In this document: positions 8,973 through 19,900 of the stretch, piece after piece
How the letters are laid out: every line of letters begins with the position of its first letter
Numbering within the stretch: position 1 is the stretch's first letter
NCBI GenBank assembly: GCA_044450965.1
Contig: JBIOJO010000002.1
Coordinates: 21,246 to 85,245 of the forward strand
Origin: Elusimicrobiota bacterium
GTDB lineage: Bacteria; Elusimicrobiota; Elusimicrobia; UBA1565; UBA9628
Direction of reading: 5' to 3'
Length of the DNA: 64,000 nt
Made by a program: the position numbers and the translations under genes
The notes under the pieces: generated by a model
Database searches by the model: none
The model's input: the letters and a program-made list of their open reading frames with translations, nothing else
Told to the model about the DNA's origin: nothing

Positions 8973-10406
8973 TTATTCGTTCGGCGGGCCGGAGCCGGTC
9001 ATGGCGTAATAATAATTCGAACGGAAAAAATCGTTCGTCGTCATGACCGCGAAGGGCGTGCCCGCCATCGGTTTCTTCGTGTCCGGATCCACGAAGAAAT
9101 CCACGGTGCCGTGGCCGTTGGAGCCCATGCTGAAGGCGTTGGCGCGGCCCATGAACCTTTCCGGGTGTTCGATCAAGGCCATCATGACGTCGGTCATCGC
9201 GGCCAGGAACGCCGCCTGCTGGTTCTCGTCGTTGGCCAGCCCCACGCCGTACTGGTTCATCCACTGCTGGTTGATGTTCTCGTCCAGCCGCGCCAGCACG
9301 TCGGGAGTCCCGTTGGCCTTCATCAAGACGAGCTGCCCGTTGTTGCCCGGGTCGTAGGTCAGGGAGCCGTCCGTATTGCGCGTGAGCTGCCCCCGCGCCC
9401 AGGGAATCGAGCCGCCGACCGGGATGCTGACGACGGGGTTCGGGCCGAACATGCTCAGATAATCCGCGTACAGCCGCGCGTAGCCGGCGGACACTTTCCC
9501 GAAGACGCCGGGCACTTCGCCGTCGGGCCCGGCCGTGCCGGCCGTCAAGGTCGCGCTTCCGCCGCCCGACGTCGCGCCCGCGGCCTGTCCGGTCGCGGAC
9601 GCCGGCGGGGGTTTGGCGGCGTCGGAGGCGGGAGAAGCGCCGACGGAACCGCCCGAGCCGCCGTAGGCGGCGGCCGTTCCGGAGGCCTGCGATCCGGAGA
9701 TTCTCGCGGCGAGGGCGTCGCTCACGGTCGTGCCGGCCGACTCGCCCGCGGGTCCGGAGCCGTCGGCGGCGACTTCGGGCGGCGCGCCGCCGCCGTCGCG
9801 ATTGCCCGTGTCGGCCTTGGTCCGGTAGCCGCCCGTCTTGCTCGTTCCCGACATCCCGCGCCGGGGCCGGACGCCGAAGGCCAACAGTCCTTGGGATGAC
9901 GATCCCGGCGCGCCCGCGGCGGAGGCCTTCGCCGGCGACGAGCGGCCGGCGGCCGCGCGCGCTCGAGCGGTCCGGGCGGCGCTTGGCGCCACGGAATTGG
10001 GACCTTCACCTTCCAGCTTCGAGGAACGAACGACATCCTCTCTTCGGGCCGCGGCGTCACCCGCGGTCGCGGCCGACGAGGAGCGCGAGGGGAGGATTCC
10101 GGAGATCGGGCGCGTCGCGGCGGACGTCGGCGGGCGCTCATCGGTCTGGATCGTCGGGCGCGGCGAGTCCGCCGGCCGGGATCGAGGCATCGGGGAGAGG
10201 GAGGTCGATGCGGCGGGGGCGGCGTTCGCATGGACGGGAGCGGTTTTGGGATCGAACACCGACGGCGCGGCGCCGCGCTTTGAGCCCCCGTCCCGGATCA
10301 GGAAGCTGTAGCCGAATATGCCGGCGGAGACGAGCACGGCGGCGGCGATGACCGCTTTTTCACGCCGCTTGCCGGTGGCTTCTCGTTCGGCGTTCCAGGG
10401 AGGCAT
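8973..10406 (-). CDS. Membrane-anchored hypothetical protein with a ~300-aa Ala/Gly/Ser/Pro low-complexity region and a conserved C-terminal domain
   Basis: N-terminal TM AVIAAAVLVSAGIFGYSFLI, long low-complexity middle, structured C-terminus (...NQQWMNQYGVGLANDENQQAAF...). GC3 is coding-like on the minus strand. Confidence 0.5.
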   Translation of the reverse strand: MPPWNAEREATGKRREKAVIAAAVLVSAGIFGYSFLIRDGGSKRGAAPSVFDPKTAPVHANAAPAASTSLSPMPRSRPADSPRPTIQTDERPPTSAATRPISGILPSRSSSAATAGDAAARREDVVRSSKLEGEGPNSVAPSAARTARARAAAGRSSPAKASAAGAPGSSSQGLLAFGVRPRRGMSGTSKTGGYRTKADTGNRDGGGAPPEVAADGSGPAGESAGTTVSDALAARISGSQASGTAAAYGGSGGSVGASPASDAAKPPPASATGQAAGATSGGGSATLTAGTAGPDGEVPGVFGKVSAGYARLYADYLSMFGPNPVVSIPVGGSIPWARGQLTRNTDGSLTYDPGNNGQLVLMKANGTPDVLARLDENINQQWMNQYGVGLANDENQQAAFLAAMTDVMMALIEHPERFMGRANAFSMGSNGHGTVDFFVDPDTKKPMAGTPFAVMTTNDFFRSNYYYAMTGSGPPNE

Positions 10407-10468
10407 GGGCTCAGTGTAGCCCCGCCCCTCCGGCTTGTCGAGTTAAAAGATGGCAAGCATCTGACAGG

Positions 10469-11302
10469 CTAGACGGGGACGGCGAGGTAGTACCATTCCT
10501 CGCCGAACTTGGCGTCCGAAAAGGGCATGACGAGGAACGAGTCCTCGGGCGCGGTCAGCCCGGTTCCGTCGGCGCGCCGGGCCAGGAGTTCGCCTTTGCT
10601 CACCGGGTCGAAGTTCGACCAGGCGCGAGCGAAGGAGCCTTCTCTCTCGCGGTAGACCACGCGCGTGAACCGGAGGGTTCGCGGCGGCCGCGCCGGCGAA
10701 GGCGCGTCCGTCAGTCCGAAATGGGCCATGGAACGGACGGCGAACGCCAAGCCTAGCTCCGCGCAGGCGCCGTCGTCGTTCTGCCCCACCTCGACCGTCA
10801 GCGCGAGCTTGCCCAGGGCGTGGGCGCATTCCGTGGTGGTGATGGTCTTGCCGCCCGCGTAAAGCGCCGGCCAGCCCGTCAGAAGGAAGCGCGCGCCCAG
10901 CGATTCGGCCCAGGCCCGCGTCTCCGGCGATTCGTCGTCGAGAAAAACGAAGGGCGGGCTGGGCGCCGGCGTGCCGTGAAGATCGAGCGTCGCGTCGGCC
11001 GCTTCGAGAAGGGGCAGCAATTCATTGGCGAGCGCTTGCTCCCGGGTGGCGGGGGCGGCATGCCGGCGCACGATCCGGTTGAGATTTTCGTCGACGCCGT
11101 GGAGGCCGAGCCTGACCGCCTCGGCATTGACGCGGGGCGCGAGAGTGAGCGTCCCGCGCCGGGGACGCAGGCGCCCCGCCTCGAGTTCGGTCATCAGCTT
11201 CTCGAGCGCGAGAACCCCCGGCTTCTCGTCGCCGTGGACGCCGCCGAGGAGCAGGAGGTGCGGGCCGGGCAGGGACGCTTGATATCGGACGATGTCGATC
11301 AT
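10469..11302 (-). CDS. Succinylglutamate desuccinylase/aspartoacylase (AstE/AspA) family zinc hydrolase
   Basis: LLLLGGVHGDEKPG (His/Glu zinc ligands) and the overall AstE/AspA pattern. Confidence 0.7.
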   Translation of the reverse strand: MIDIVRYQASLPGPHLLLLGGVHGDEKPGVLALEKLMTELEAGRLRPRRGTLTLAPRVNAEAVRLGLHGVDENLNRIVRRHAAPATREQALANELLPLLEAADATLDLHGTPAPSPPFVFLDDESPETRAWAESLGARFLLTGWPALYAGGKTITTTECAHALGKLALTVEVGQNDDGACAELGLAFAVRSMAHFGLTDAPSPARPPRTLRFTRVVYREREGSFARAWSNFDPVSKGELLARRADGTGLTAPEDSFLVMPFSDAKFGEEWYYLAVPV

Positions 11303-11363
11303 GGATTGAAAAAAGAGCGCCGGCGGGTGTTCCCCGCCGGCGCTCTCATCGGCGCGACGCCGT

Positions 11364-12437
<1,074 letters not shown>

Positions 12438-12442
12438 GGTGG

Positions 12443-12480
12443 TGTGTCTCCTTTGATCCGAAATCTTGGCTTAATTATAC
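12443..12480 (-). promoter_or_regulatory. Putative sigma70 -10 box (TATAAT on the minus strand at 12474-12479) plus an SD for the aldolase gene
   Basis: The reverse complement reads ...ttgcgacgagccatttcgTATAATtaagccaagatttcggatcaAAGGAGacacaccATG. The -35 is ambiguous. Confidence 0.3.
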
Positions 12481-12511
12481 GAAATGGCTCGTCGCAACGG
12501 ATTGACCGATA

Positions 12512-13597
12512 TCAGGTGTACGGAACGGCCTCGCACTCGGACGAGTAAGGGGCGGCCAGGCCGCTCTCGCTGGCGTACCACGACCAGGCGACCTTGACCA
12601 GCGCCTTCAGGATGCAGGCGGCGGGAATGGCGAACACCAGGCCCAGGAAGCCGAAGACCTCTCCGCCCAGGACCAGGGCCAGCAGGAACACCATCGGGTG
12701 CAGGTGGACCGAGTGGCGGGCGATGACGGGCTGGAGAAAGGCCTCGTCGGCGACGCGGATGCCGACGAACAGCAGCGCGACCTTCGCCCCGGCCCAGACG
12801 GTGCCGAACTGGTACCAGGCCATGCCGCCGCCCACCAGGATCCCGACGACGGCGCCCATGTACGGCACGAAGGAGCTGACGCCCGACAGCGCGGCGATCG
12901 CGAAGGCGTTGTCCACGCCCATGGCGAGCAGGCCGACGAAAGAGACGATGGTGATGGCCGCGGCGACGATCAGGATGCCGCGCAGGTAGTTGCCCAGCGC
13001 GGTGTCGATTTCGCCCATCAAATGGATGGCCTGCTCCACGTAGCGGCTGGGCGCGGATTGGATCAGGTGATCGAAGCCGTCGGGGCCGTCCAGAAGGAAG
13101 AAGAAGCCGATGAACGGCACCAGCAAGGCGTGCGCCAGGAACGGCAGCAGCCCCAGGATTTCGGTGGGCAGGGCCTGGAGCCGCTCCAGGCCCGTGCCGA
13201 CCACGGAATCCAGCGCGTGCTCGGCGATCTTCGGCGGGAGAGGGAGTTCGCGGGTGAGCTTGACCTGCTGGAGGGCGACCAGCTTCTGGATCTGCTTCGC
13301 GTAGGCCGGGGCGTTGGCGCCCAGGCTTTCCACCTCTTCCACGATGACGGACTTGAGGCCCGCGTAGGTGGCGTAGCCCAGCAGGCCCGCCGCCAGATAG
13401 CCGGCCAGAACCAGGTGGGAGCGGCGCAGGCCCTTCGCCTCGAAGTAGGTGACCAGGGGATTGAGCACGTAGGCGAAGGCCGCGGCCAGGACGAAGGGCG
13501 TCAGGGCCTCGCGCACCAGATAGGCGCCGTACAGGCACGCGCCGGCGACGACGAAGGCGCTCAGCGAGGGAAGGGCGCGGCTCTGTTGCTCAGGCAT
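12512..13597 (-). CDS. AI-2E family transporter (PerM/UPF0118)
   Basis: Eight-TM topology and the typical N-terminus ...FVVAGACLYGAYLVREALTPFVLAAAFAYVLNPLV. Confidence 0.75.
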   Translation of the reverse strand: MPEQQSRALPSLSAFVVAGACLYGAYLVREALTPFVLAAAFAYVLNPLVTYFEAKGLRRSHLVLAGYLAAGLLGYATYAGLKSVIVEEVESLGANAPAYAKQIQKLVALQQVKLTRELPLPPKIAEHALDSVVGTGLERLQALPTEILGLLPFLAHALLVPFIGFFFLLDGPDGFDHLIQSAPSRYVEQAIHLMGEIDTALGNYLRGILIVAAAITIVSFVGLLAMGVDNAFAIAALSGVSSFVPYMGAVVGILVGGGMAWYQFGTVWAGAKVALLFVGIRVADEAFLQPVIARHSVHLHPMVFLLALVLGGEVFGFLGLVFAIPAACILKALVKVAWSWYASESGLAAPYSSECEAVPYT

Positions 13598-14096
13598 TCG
13601 GGGACGCGGCGGCCGGGGCGCCGCTCATCGAGCGGCGCAGGCGCGCCGACAACAGGCGCGCGAGGTGGCCCATGATGCTCACGCCGATGCGCGGGTGGGC
13701 GCTGAGCAGGGAGTCCAGCTTGGTGCGATAAAGCAGGTGCAGGCGCGAGGGCTCGATCGCGGTCGCGGTCGCCGAGCGCGGCAGGGACTCGAGCAGGGCC
13801 ATTTCGCCGAAGAATTCGCCCGGCTCCAGGGTGTAGAGTTTGACGGGCTTTCCGTCCGCGCCGCTGCGGGTCAGCTCGACCTTTCCGGACTCCAGGATGA
13901 AGAGCGCGCGGCCGATGTCGCCCTCCATGAAGACCACCTCGCCCGACCGGTAGGTGCGCGCGTGCAGGGAGTGGACCAGCTCTCCGATTTCGCCGCCCTT
14001 CAGGTCGGCGAACAGCTCCAAGGAATGCAGGAACTGCTTCTTCTTGGAGAACTGCGGGTCGACGAACCAGCGCCGCAGGGCTTTGAAGGGGGCCAT
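13590..14096 (-). CDS. Stand-alone cyclic-nucleotide-binding (cNMP) domain protein
   Basis: MAPFKALRR...FFGEMALLESLPRSATATA is a CAP-like cNMP-binding fold. The internal ATG at 14096 was chosen because the track ORF start (14444) would run across the upstream small gene. 8-bp overlap with the AI-2E gene. Confidence 0.6.
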   Translation of the reverse strand: MAPFKALRRWFVDPQFSKKKQFLHSLELFADLKGGEIGELVHSLHARTYRSGEVVFMEGDIGRALFILESGKVELTRSGADGKPVKLYTLEPGEFFGEMALLESLPRSATATAIEPSRLHLLYRTKLDSLLSAHPRIGVSIMGHLARLLSARLRRSMSGAPAAASPNA

Positions 14097-14101
14097 GCGC
14101 G

Positions 14102-14338
14102 TCAGCTCAGGAATTTGAAGCCGACGGACAGGATGTTCTTCAGCGAGGAGACCCAGCCCTGGCGCATGGACTCGCCGAAGCTCTGCACTTCCTGGTCCAC
14201 GCGGTACGCCGCGACTTCGACGGCGGAGGCGGCGTCGCGGACCTTGATCATCGCGACGGCGAAGACGGCGATCATGACCGCCAATTCGACCACGATCAGG
14301 GCGAGGCAAACGGCGATGAAGGTGTCCATGGAGGCCAT
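14102..14338 (-). CDS. DUF948-like small membrane protein (78 aa)
   Basis: MASMDTFIAVCLALIVVELAVMIAVFAVAMIKVRDAASAVE is an N-terminal TM followed by a helical region. Strong GC3 bias. The stop lies 5 nt before the cNMP gene start. Confidence 0.45.
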   Translation of the reverse strand: MASMDTFIAVCLALIVVELAVMIAVFAVAMIKVRDAASAVEVAAYRVDQEVQSFGESMRQGWVSSLKNILSVGFKFLS

Positions 14339-14364
14339 CGTACCAAAATTGATAAGATGCGCGC

Positions 14365-17112
14365 ATGTCCGAGACGCGTTCCGACTGGTCGGCGACGGTT
14401 CGTCTGCCGAAGACGGATTTCCCTATGAAGGGAGATCTTTCCAAGCGCGAACCGGAATTCCTGAAGGCCTGGGCCGACGCCGGCCTGTACGAGCGCCTCC
14501 AGGAGCGCCAGAAGGGCCGCCCTCCGTTCGTGCTTCACGACGGCCCGCCCTACGCCAACGGCCACATCCACATCGGCCACGCCCTCAACAAGGTTCTCAA
14601 GGACATGACGGTGAAGGCCCGCGCCCTGATGGGCCACGCGACGCCGTACGTGCCCGGCTGGGACTGCCACGGCCTGCCCATCGAGACCGCGCTGCTGAAG
14701 GAAATGAAGATGAGCAAGCGCGGCGTCACCGACATCCCCAAGTTCCGCCGCGACGCCGCCGCCTTCGCCGAACGCTTCATCGTCCTGCAGCGCGAGGAAT
14801 TCCAGCGCCTGGGCGTGTTCGGCGACTGGTCGCATCCCTATAAAACGATGGCCAAGGACTATGAGGCCAGGATCCTGCGCGCCTTCCGCCTGCTGGTCAA
14901 GCACGGCCACGTGTACCGGGGCCTGAAGCCCGTGCAATGGTGCATCACCTGCGAGACGGCGCTGGCCGAGGCCGAGGTCGAGTACAAGGACAAGACGTCT
15001 CCGTCCGTGTACGTCGCCCTGCCGGTGACGGAGGGCGAGCTCAAGGGCGTCGAAATCGTCGTCTGGACGACGACGCCCTGGACCTTGCCCGCCAACCGCG
15101 CGGCCGCGTTCAACCCGCTTCTGGAGTACGCGGAAGTGGAGGCCGACGTCGCCGGACGGCGCCGCCGCCTGATCGTGGCGAAGGCGCGCGTCGAGTCGGT
15201 GGTCAAGGAGACCTCCGCGGAGAACGTCAAAGTCCTGCGCTCGTGGACCGGCGAGAAGATCACCGCGCTGCTGCCGCGCTACGCCCTGCCGTATGAGACC
15301 AAGCCGGGCGAGACCGGCGTCTCCGTGCTGGCCGAATACGTGACGGCCGATGACGGGACGGGCATTGTCCACACCGCGCCTGGACACGGAGAGGATGACT
15401 TCCACACCGGCGTCCGCGAAGGGCTGGAGATCCTCAATCCCGTGGACGCCTCCGGTCGCTACACGGACAAGGCCCCGCGCTGGACCGGCAAGAAGATATT
15501 CGACGAGGGCAATCCCGAGATCGTGGCCGACCTGCGCGAGCGCGGCTGGCTGCTGGCCAAGAAGGACATCACGCATTCGTACCCGCACTGCTGGCGCTGC
15601 AAGAACCCGGTCGTGTTCCGCACCACGGAGCAGTGGTTCCTGAAGCTGTCTGAGGAACTGCGCGGCCGCCTGCTGGCGCAGATCGACGCGACGCAGTGGG
15701 TGCCGGCCGACGGGCGAACGCGCATCGCGTCCATGGTGGGCAACCGGCCGGACTGGTGCCTGTCGCGCCAGCGCGTCTGGGGCACGCCCATCACGGTGCT
15801 GTACGGCGCCAAGTCCGGTACGGCGATCCTGGACGACGCCGTGTTGGAGGCCATCGAGAAGAAGGCCGCGGCCGACGGCTCCGATTTCTGGTTCGAGCGC
15901 TGGGGCGAGATCCTGACCCGGAAGGACTGGCCGTTTCTGCCGGATCATCCCGCGCTGAAGGACGGCTTCCGCCGCGAGTCCGACATTTTGGACGTGTGGC
16001 TGGACTCCGGCGTGTCCTGGCTGTCCGTCCTTGGCGAGGAGGCCGTCGCCGACCTGTACCTGGAGGGCTCCGACCAGCATCGCGGCTGGTTCCAGAGCTC
16101 CTTGGTGATGTCCACGGCCCTGCGCGGAAAAGCGCCTTACAAAGCGGTGCTGACGCACGGCTTCGTGCTGGACGAGAAAGGACGGGCGATGCACAAGTCC
16201 ACCGGCAACGTGGTCGCGCCGCAGGAAGTGATCTCCAAGTGGGGCGCGGACGTGCTGCGCCTCTGGGTCGCGCTGTCGGACTACAACGACGACGTGCGCA
16301 TCTCGGACAAGATCCTGGAAGGCCCGGCGGAGTCGTACCGCCGCGTGCGCAACACCTTGCGCTACATGTTGGGAAACCTAAACGGCTTCGACCCCAAGAA
16401 CGCCGTCCCGTACGAAAAGCTTCCGGAAATGGAACGTTTCTTCCTGCACCGCCTGGCCGCGCTACAAAAGGAAACGTTGGAGGACTACCGCGAGTACCGC
16501 TACCGCGCCGCGGCCCGCCGCCTGGTGGAGTTCTGCGGGACCTTCTATCTGGATGCGACAAAGGATCGCTTGTATACGTTTGCCGCGGACGCCCCTGAGC
16601 GGCTGGCCGTGCAGACCGTGATGGCCGAGGCGTTCCAGCGTCTGTGCGCGTTGCTGTCCCCGATTTTATCGTTCACCTCCGACGAAGCGTGGCGCTTCTG
16701 GTCGTCGCGCCCGTCCGACAGCGTATTCCTGTGGGATTTGCCCGCGTGCGATCCTCGGTGGACCGACGCCGCACTCGCCGCGCGCTGGGAAAAGGCGCTG
16801 GAAGCGCGCGCTGTCGTTCATAAGTCTCTCGAAGAGTCGCGGGCCGCCAAAACGATCGGATCCTCGTTGCAGGCCACTGTCGTGGTCAAAGCTCCCGCCG
16901 AGACGTTGGAGGCCCTCAAGAGAATCGATCTTCCCGAGTTCTTGATTGTCTCTAATGCCACGACCGAGATCAGCGTCACGGGCGAGTTGACTTCGTTCGT
17001 CACCGCCGCTCCGGGTAAGAAATGCCCGCGCTGCTGGCGCTGGCAGGCCGACATCGGCTCGAATCCGACCCAACCGGAGCTATGCGGGCGCTGCGCCCAG
17101 CAGTTGTCGTAG
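14365..17112 (+). CDS. ileS: Isoleucyl-tRNA synthetase (type 1, with C-terminal Zn finger)
   Basis: HIGHALNKVLKD, KMSKS-like KSTGN, CP1 editing domain, C-terminal CPRCWRW...CGRC. Confidence 0.95.
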   Translation: MSETRSDWSATVRLPKTDFPMKGDLSKREPEFLKAWADAGLYERLQERQKGRPPFVLHDGPPYANGHIHIGHALNKVLKDMTVKARALMGHATPYVPGWDCHGLPIETALLKEMKMSKRGVTDIPKFRRDAAAFAERFIVLQREEFQRLGVFGDWSHPYKTMAKDYEARILRAFRLLVKHGHVYRGLKPVQWCITCETALAEAEVEYKDKTSPSVYVALPVTEGELKGVEIVVWTTTPWTLPANRAAAFNPLLEYAEVEADVAGRRRRLIVAKARVESVVKETSAENVKVLRSWTGEKITALLPRYALPYETKPGETGVSVLAEYVTADDGTGIVHTAPGHGEDDFHTGVREGLEILNPVDASGRYTDKAPRWTGKKIFDEGNPEIVADLRERGWLLAKKDITHSYPHCWRCKNPVVFRTTEQWFLKLSEELRGRLLAQIDATQWVPADGRTRIASMVGNRPDWCLSRQRVWGTPITVLYGAKSGTAILDDAVLEAIEKKAAADGSDFWFERWGEILTRKDWPFLPDHPALKDGFRRESDILDVWLDSGVSWLSVLGEEAVADLYLEGSDQHRGWFQSSLVMSTALRGKAPYKAVLTHGFVLDEKGRAMHKSTGNVVAPQEVISKWGADVLRLWVALSDYNDDVRISDKILEGPAESYRRVRNTLRYMLGNLNGFDPKNAVPYEKLPEMERFFLHRLAALQKETLEDYREYRYRAAARRLVEFCGTFYLDATKDRLYTFAADAPERLAVQTVMAEAFQRLCALLSPILSFTSDEAWRFWSSRPSDSVFLWDLPACDPRWTDAALAARWEKALEARAVVHKSLEESRAAKTIGSSLQATVVVKAPAETLEALKRIDLPEFLIVSNATTEISVTGELTSFVTAAPGKKCPRCWRWQADIGSNPTQPELCGRCAQQLS

Positions 17113-17534
17113 CGCTGGTCGCCGCCGATCGCGCGACGAAGCTCTGGGCGATGGGCGACCTGCGCCGCGTCGGCTCCATTCCCGTCTTCCGTTACTTCGA
17201 ACTGGCCTACGTGGAAAACACCGGCGCCGCCTTCGGCCTGGGGCGCGGGGCGAACGGCCTGTTCATCGCGGTGTCGGTCGTCTTGATCGCCGTTCTGGCG
17301 CGGATGCTGCGCCGCTGGCCGAAGGACGACCTGTGGCTTCAGGCGGGGGGAATCCTGGTGCTGTCCGGCGCCTTAGGCAACCTCTACGACCGGCTGGCCT
17401 ATAAATACGTCGTGGACTTCCTCTACATCCACGGCTGGCCCGTGTTCAACGTGGCCGACTCCTGCATCACGGTCGGCGCCTGCCTTCTGGCCTGGGGCCT
17501 GAAGGACGAGAAGCCGGCCGAAGCCGCCCGCTAG
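17082..17534 (+). CDS. lspA: Lipoprotein signal peptidase II
   Basis: MRALRPAVVVALVAADRATKLWA...NTGAAFGLG...FNVADSCITVGA. The start is inside the 3' end of ileS (31-bp overlap), the conserved ileS-lspA arrangement. Confidence 0.85.
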   Translation: MRALRPAVVVALVAADRATKLWAMGDLRRVGSIPVFRYFELAYVENTGAAFGLGRGANGLFIAVSVVLIAVLARMLRRWPKDDLWLQAGGILVLSGALGNLYDRLAYKYVVDFLYIHGWPVFNVADSCITVGACLLAWGLKDEKPAEAAR

Positions 17535-17535
17535 A

Positions 17536-19818
17536 CTAAGCTCCGTCCTTCTTCTTGGGCGTGTTGAGGTACTTGCTCGCCGCGTAGGCCGCGCCGCCGA
17601 TGATGGCCGCGCCGGCCAGCATCACCAGAGGCCCGCCGAAGAAGCTTCCCAGGATCAGGCCGAACATTCCGAAGGCCATGCCGTTGGCGATGTTGCGGTA
17701 CAGGTTCGGGTCGGGTTTCTTGTCGGCGGCGCCGCACTCCTTGTCGGTTCCGGCCGTGGATCCCGGATTCGCGGTGGTCTTTCCGCCGCAGGAGGCCGCG
17801 GGAACGTCGCCGACAACGGCCGGCTTTTTGCCGGAGTCCGGAGGGGGCGTGTCGTCCGGCTGGGCGTTGAGGGAGGCGCACGCCGCCTTGACGGCGGGGT
17901 CGGTGATCGGAGGAAGCGAAGCGGCCGGAGCGTTGGATTTTTTCGCGGCGCTGGGATCGCATTCGGCCGCGACGCGGCTGATGCAATCCTTGTCCTTCGC
18001 GCATGCCAGCACTTTTTGCGCTTTCTCCTCCGGGGCGCAGGCCGCCGTGGCGACCGATGCGCCGCCTCCGTTGATGACCGCGTTCTTATACGGAGCGCAG
18101 ACGTCCTTTTGCTGGGTCGGGGACAAGGTCGTGAAGGTGTCGTTATCCCGGATGGCGAGGATTTTCCGGTATTTTTCGTACACGGCGGCCAGCTTCGCCG
18201 GGTCGCCCTTCGCGTCCGCGACCTCCTTCAGGTAGGCCGTTTTTTCATCGGGAGTCAGCTTCTTGATCTGATCGTCGGTGAGCGGGGCTTTTCCCGTTTC
18301 GGGGGGCGACGTGTCGGTCGGCTTGTCGCCGGGTTTAGCGCCGGGGACGGTGCCGACGTCCGGCGCGCCGGGGACCTTGATGCCCGCGTCGGCCAGCATC
18401 TTCCGGTAGCGCGTGGCGATTTCGTACGCCACCAAATGCTCCGAGGGCCTGCTGGCTTCGCCGTTGACGATCATGATGTGGGCCATCTCGCGCTTGTAGT
18501 CGACCTTCGCGTCGCCCAGCTGGAGCGTCTGGACCTTGGCCTTGGTGATGGCGGCCAGGGCGTCCACTTCCGCCGGGGCCAGCTGGATCTCCGCGCCGGA
18601 GTAATGCTTCACGGCCAGGATGGCCGCGCTGATGGCGACGGGATCCATCTTCTTGCGGGCCTCCTGATATTGGGGAAGCCCTTCGGGACGGAGATTCTTC
18701 TCGACATTGTCGCGCGTCGTCTTGTAGAGCTCGATCCGGGCGGCTTTCGACTCCTTGACCACGACCTTACTTCGCGCGTCGTAGGCGGTGCGCTGGATGG
18801 GAGTGAGCCAGTCCTCCTCGGCGGGGGACAATTTCAGGACCACCTTCGAACGGTCATCGGCGCCGGCGGGACCGGTGCGCGGCTTGGCGCCGCCGACGCG
18901 GCCGGCCAGCATCCCGCGGAACTCCGCCACTTTCTCGACGGCATGGTCGCGGTTCGGCCCGGGCAGCGGGCGCCCGTCGGCTCCGAGCCTGACCGTCGCC
19001 ATCGCGCCCTTGTACTCCTCCAGCGCATTGTCGCGCTGGAGATGGGCGCCGACGCCGGCCCCTTTTTTGATCGCGCCGAGCTTTTTGAGTTCATCGGCGT
19101 CGCGTATGGCGATCAGCGCGTCCAGATACGCGGAAATTTTCTTGGGATCGAGCGGGGCTTTGGCCAGCGCCTCGTACTGCGCCTGGGCGAACGAGGGGAG
19201 ATGCTTGGCGACGGCATGGCGGGTCTGGCTCTCGAGCGTCAGTCGCGCGTCGGCGGAGGGATTCTCGCCGGCGGTCTTGTCGTAGTACGCTAGTTCGGTC
19301 TTCTCGAGCCAATAACGCTCGTCCGCGCCGAGCGCGGCGAAGCGTCCGTCCGCGCTGACGGCCGGCTTCAGTTCCGCGTCGGAGGGCGCGCGAAGGGAGA
19401 CGTCCTTCCCGTTCTTGCCGCGGTTGACCACGAAGGTCGGCGTCATGGTCCCGGGGCCGTAGACGGTCAATTCCGCGATCTTGGGGTCGACGGGCGTGAT
19501 CGCCGCCTTCCCGCTGGAGACGTCGAGCTTCACGCAATAGACGGGAATTTTGGTGTTGTATCCGAAGCGGGTGCCCCAGCTGTGCGACTCGGCGGTGACT
19601 TCGGAGAGCTTGCTGGCGAGAAACCCTCCGGGGCAACCGGCCGCCTGAGCGGCGTCGGCGCCGGACAGCACCTTCCATTCCTGGGGGTTGAAAGGCACGG
19701 TCCCGGCCGCAGGCGCGGGCGAGGACGCGGGACGAGGCGGAACGATCGCGTATGCTCCGTTGGGCAGGAGCAAAGTCGCGGCGAGAATGAGAGAGGGGTG
19801 CCTCATTTTTGGCCTCAC
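17536..19818 (-). CDS. Large exported protein (760 aa) with N-terminal signal peptide and C-terminal Gly-rich TM anchor, function unknown
   Basis: Signal LILAATLLLPNGAYA. C-terminus GMAFGMFGLILGSFFGGPLVMLAGAAIIGGAAYAASKY plus a basic tail. Confidence 0.5.
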   Translation of the reverse strand: MRPKMRHPSLILAATLLLPNGAYAIVPPRPASSPAPAAGTVPFNPQEWKVLSGADAAQAAGCPGGFLASKLSEVTAESHSWGTRFGYNTKIPVYCVKLDVSSGKAAITPVDPKIAELTVYGPGTMTPTFVVNRGKNGKDVSLRAPSDAELKPAVSADGRFAALGADERYWLEKTELAYYDKTAGENPSADARLTLESQTRHAVAKHLPSFAQAQYEALAKAPLDPKKISAYLDALIAIRDADELKKLGAIKKGAGVGAHLQRDNALEEYKGAMATVRLGADGRPLPGPNRDHAVEKVAEFRGMLAGRVGGAKPRTGPAGADDRSKVVLKLSPAEEDWLTPIQRTAYDARSKVVVKESKAARIELYKTTRDNVEKNLRPEGLPQYQEARKKMDPVAISAAILAVKHYSGAEIQLAPAEVDALAAITKAKVQTLQLGDAKVDYKREMAHIMIVNGEASRPSEHLVAYEIATRYRKMLADAGIKVPGAPDVGTVPGAKPGDKPTDTSPPETGKAPLTDDQIKKLTPDEKTAYLKEVADAKGDPAKLAAVYEKYRKILAIRDNDTFTTLSPTQQKDVCAPYKNAVINGGGASVATAACAPEEKAQKVLACAKDKDCISRVAAECDPSAAKKSNAPAASLPPITDPAVKAACASLNAQPDDTPPPDSGKKPAVVGDVPAASCGGKTTANPGSTAGTDKECGAADKKPDPNLYRNIANGMAFGMFGLILGSFFGGPLVMLAGAAIIGGAAYAASKYLNTPKKKDGA

Positions 19819-19900
19819 TTTGGGGTGTCCTTGAACCTATTGAGAATAGCCCCGAGGGCGCTTTCGCGCAAGCCCCTCCGGACCTACCGCGATCTGGGCC

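Noticed and set aside
14296-16194. 632-aa ORF on the minus strand, antisense to ileS
   Set aside because: It lies entirely within and opposite a clearly recognisable ileS and shows no domain signature. It is a typical high-GC antisense shadow ORF.
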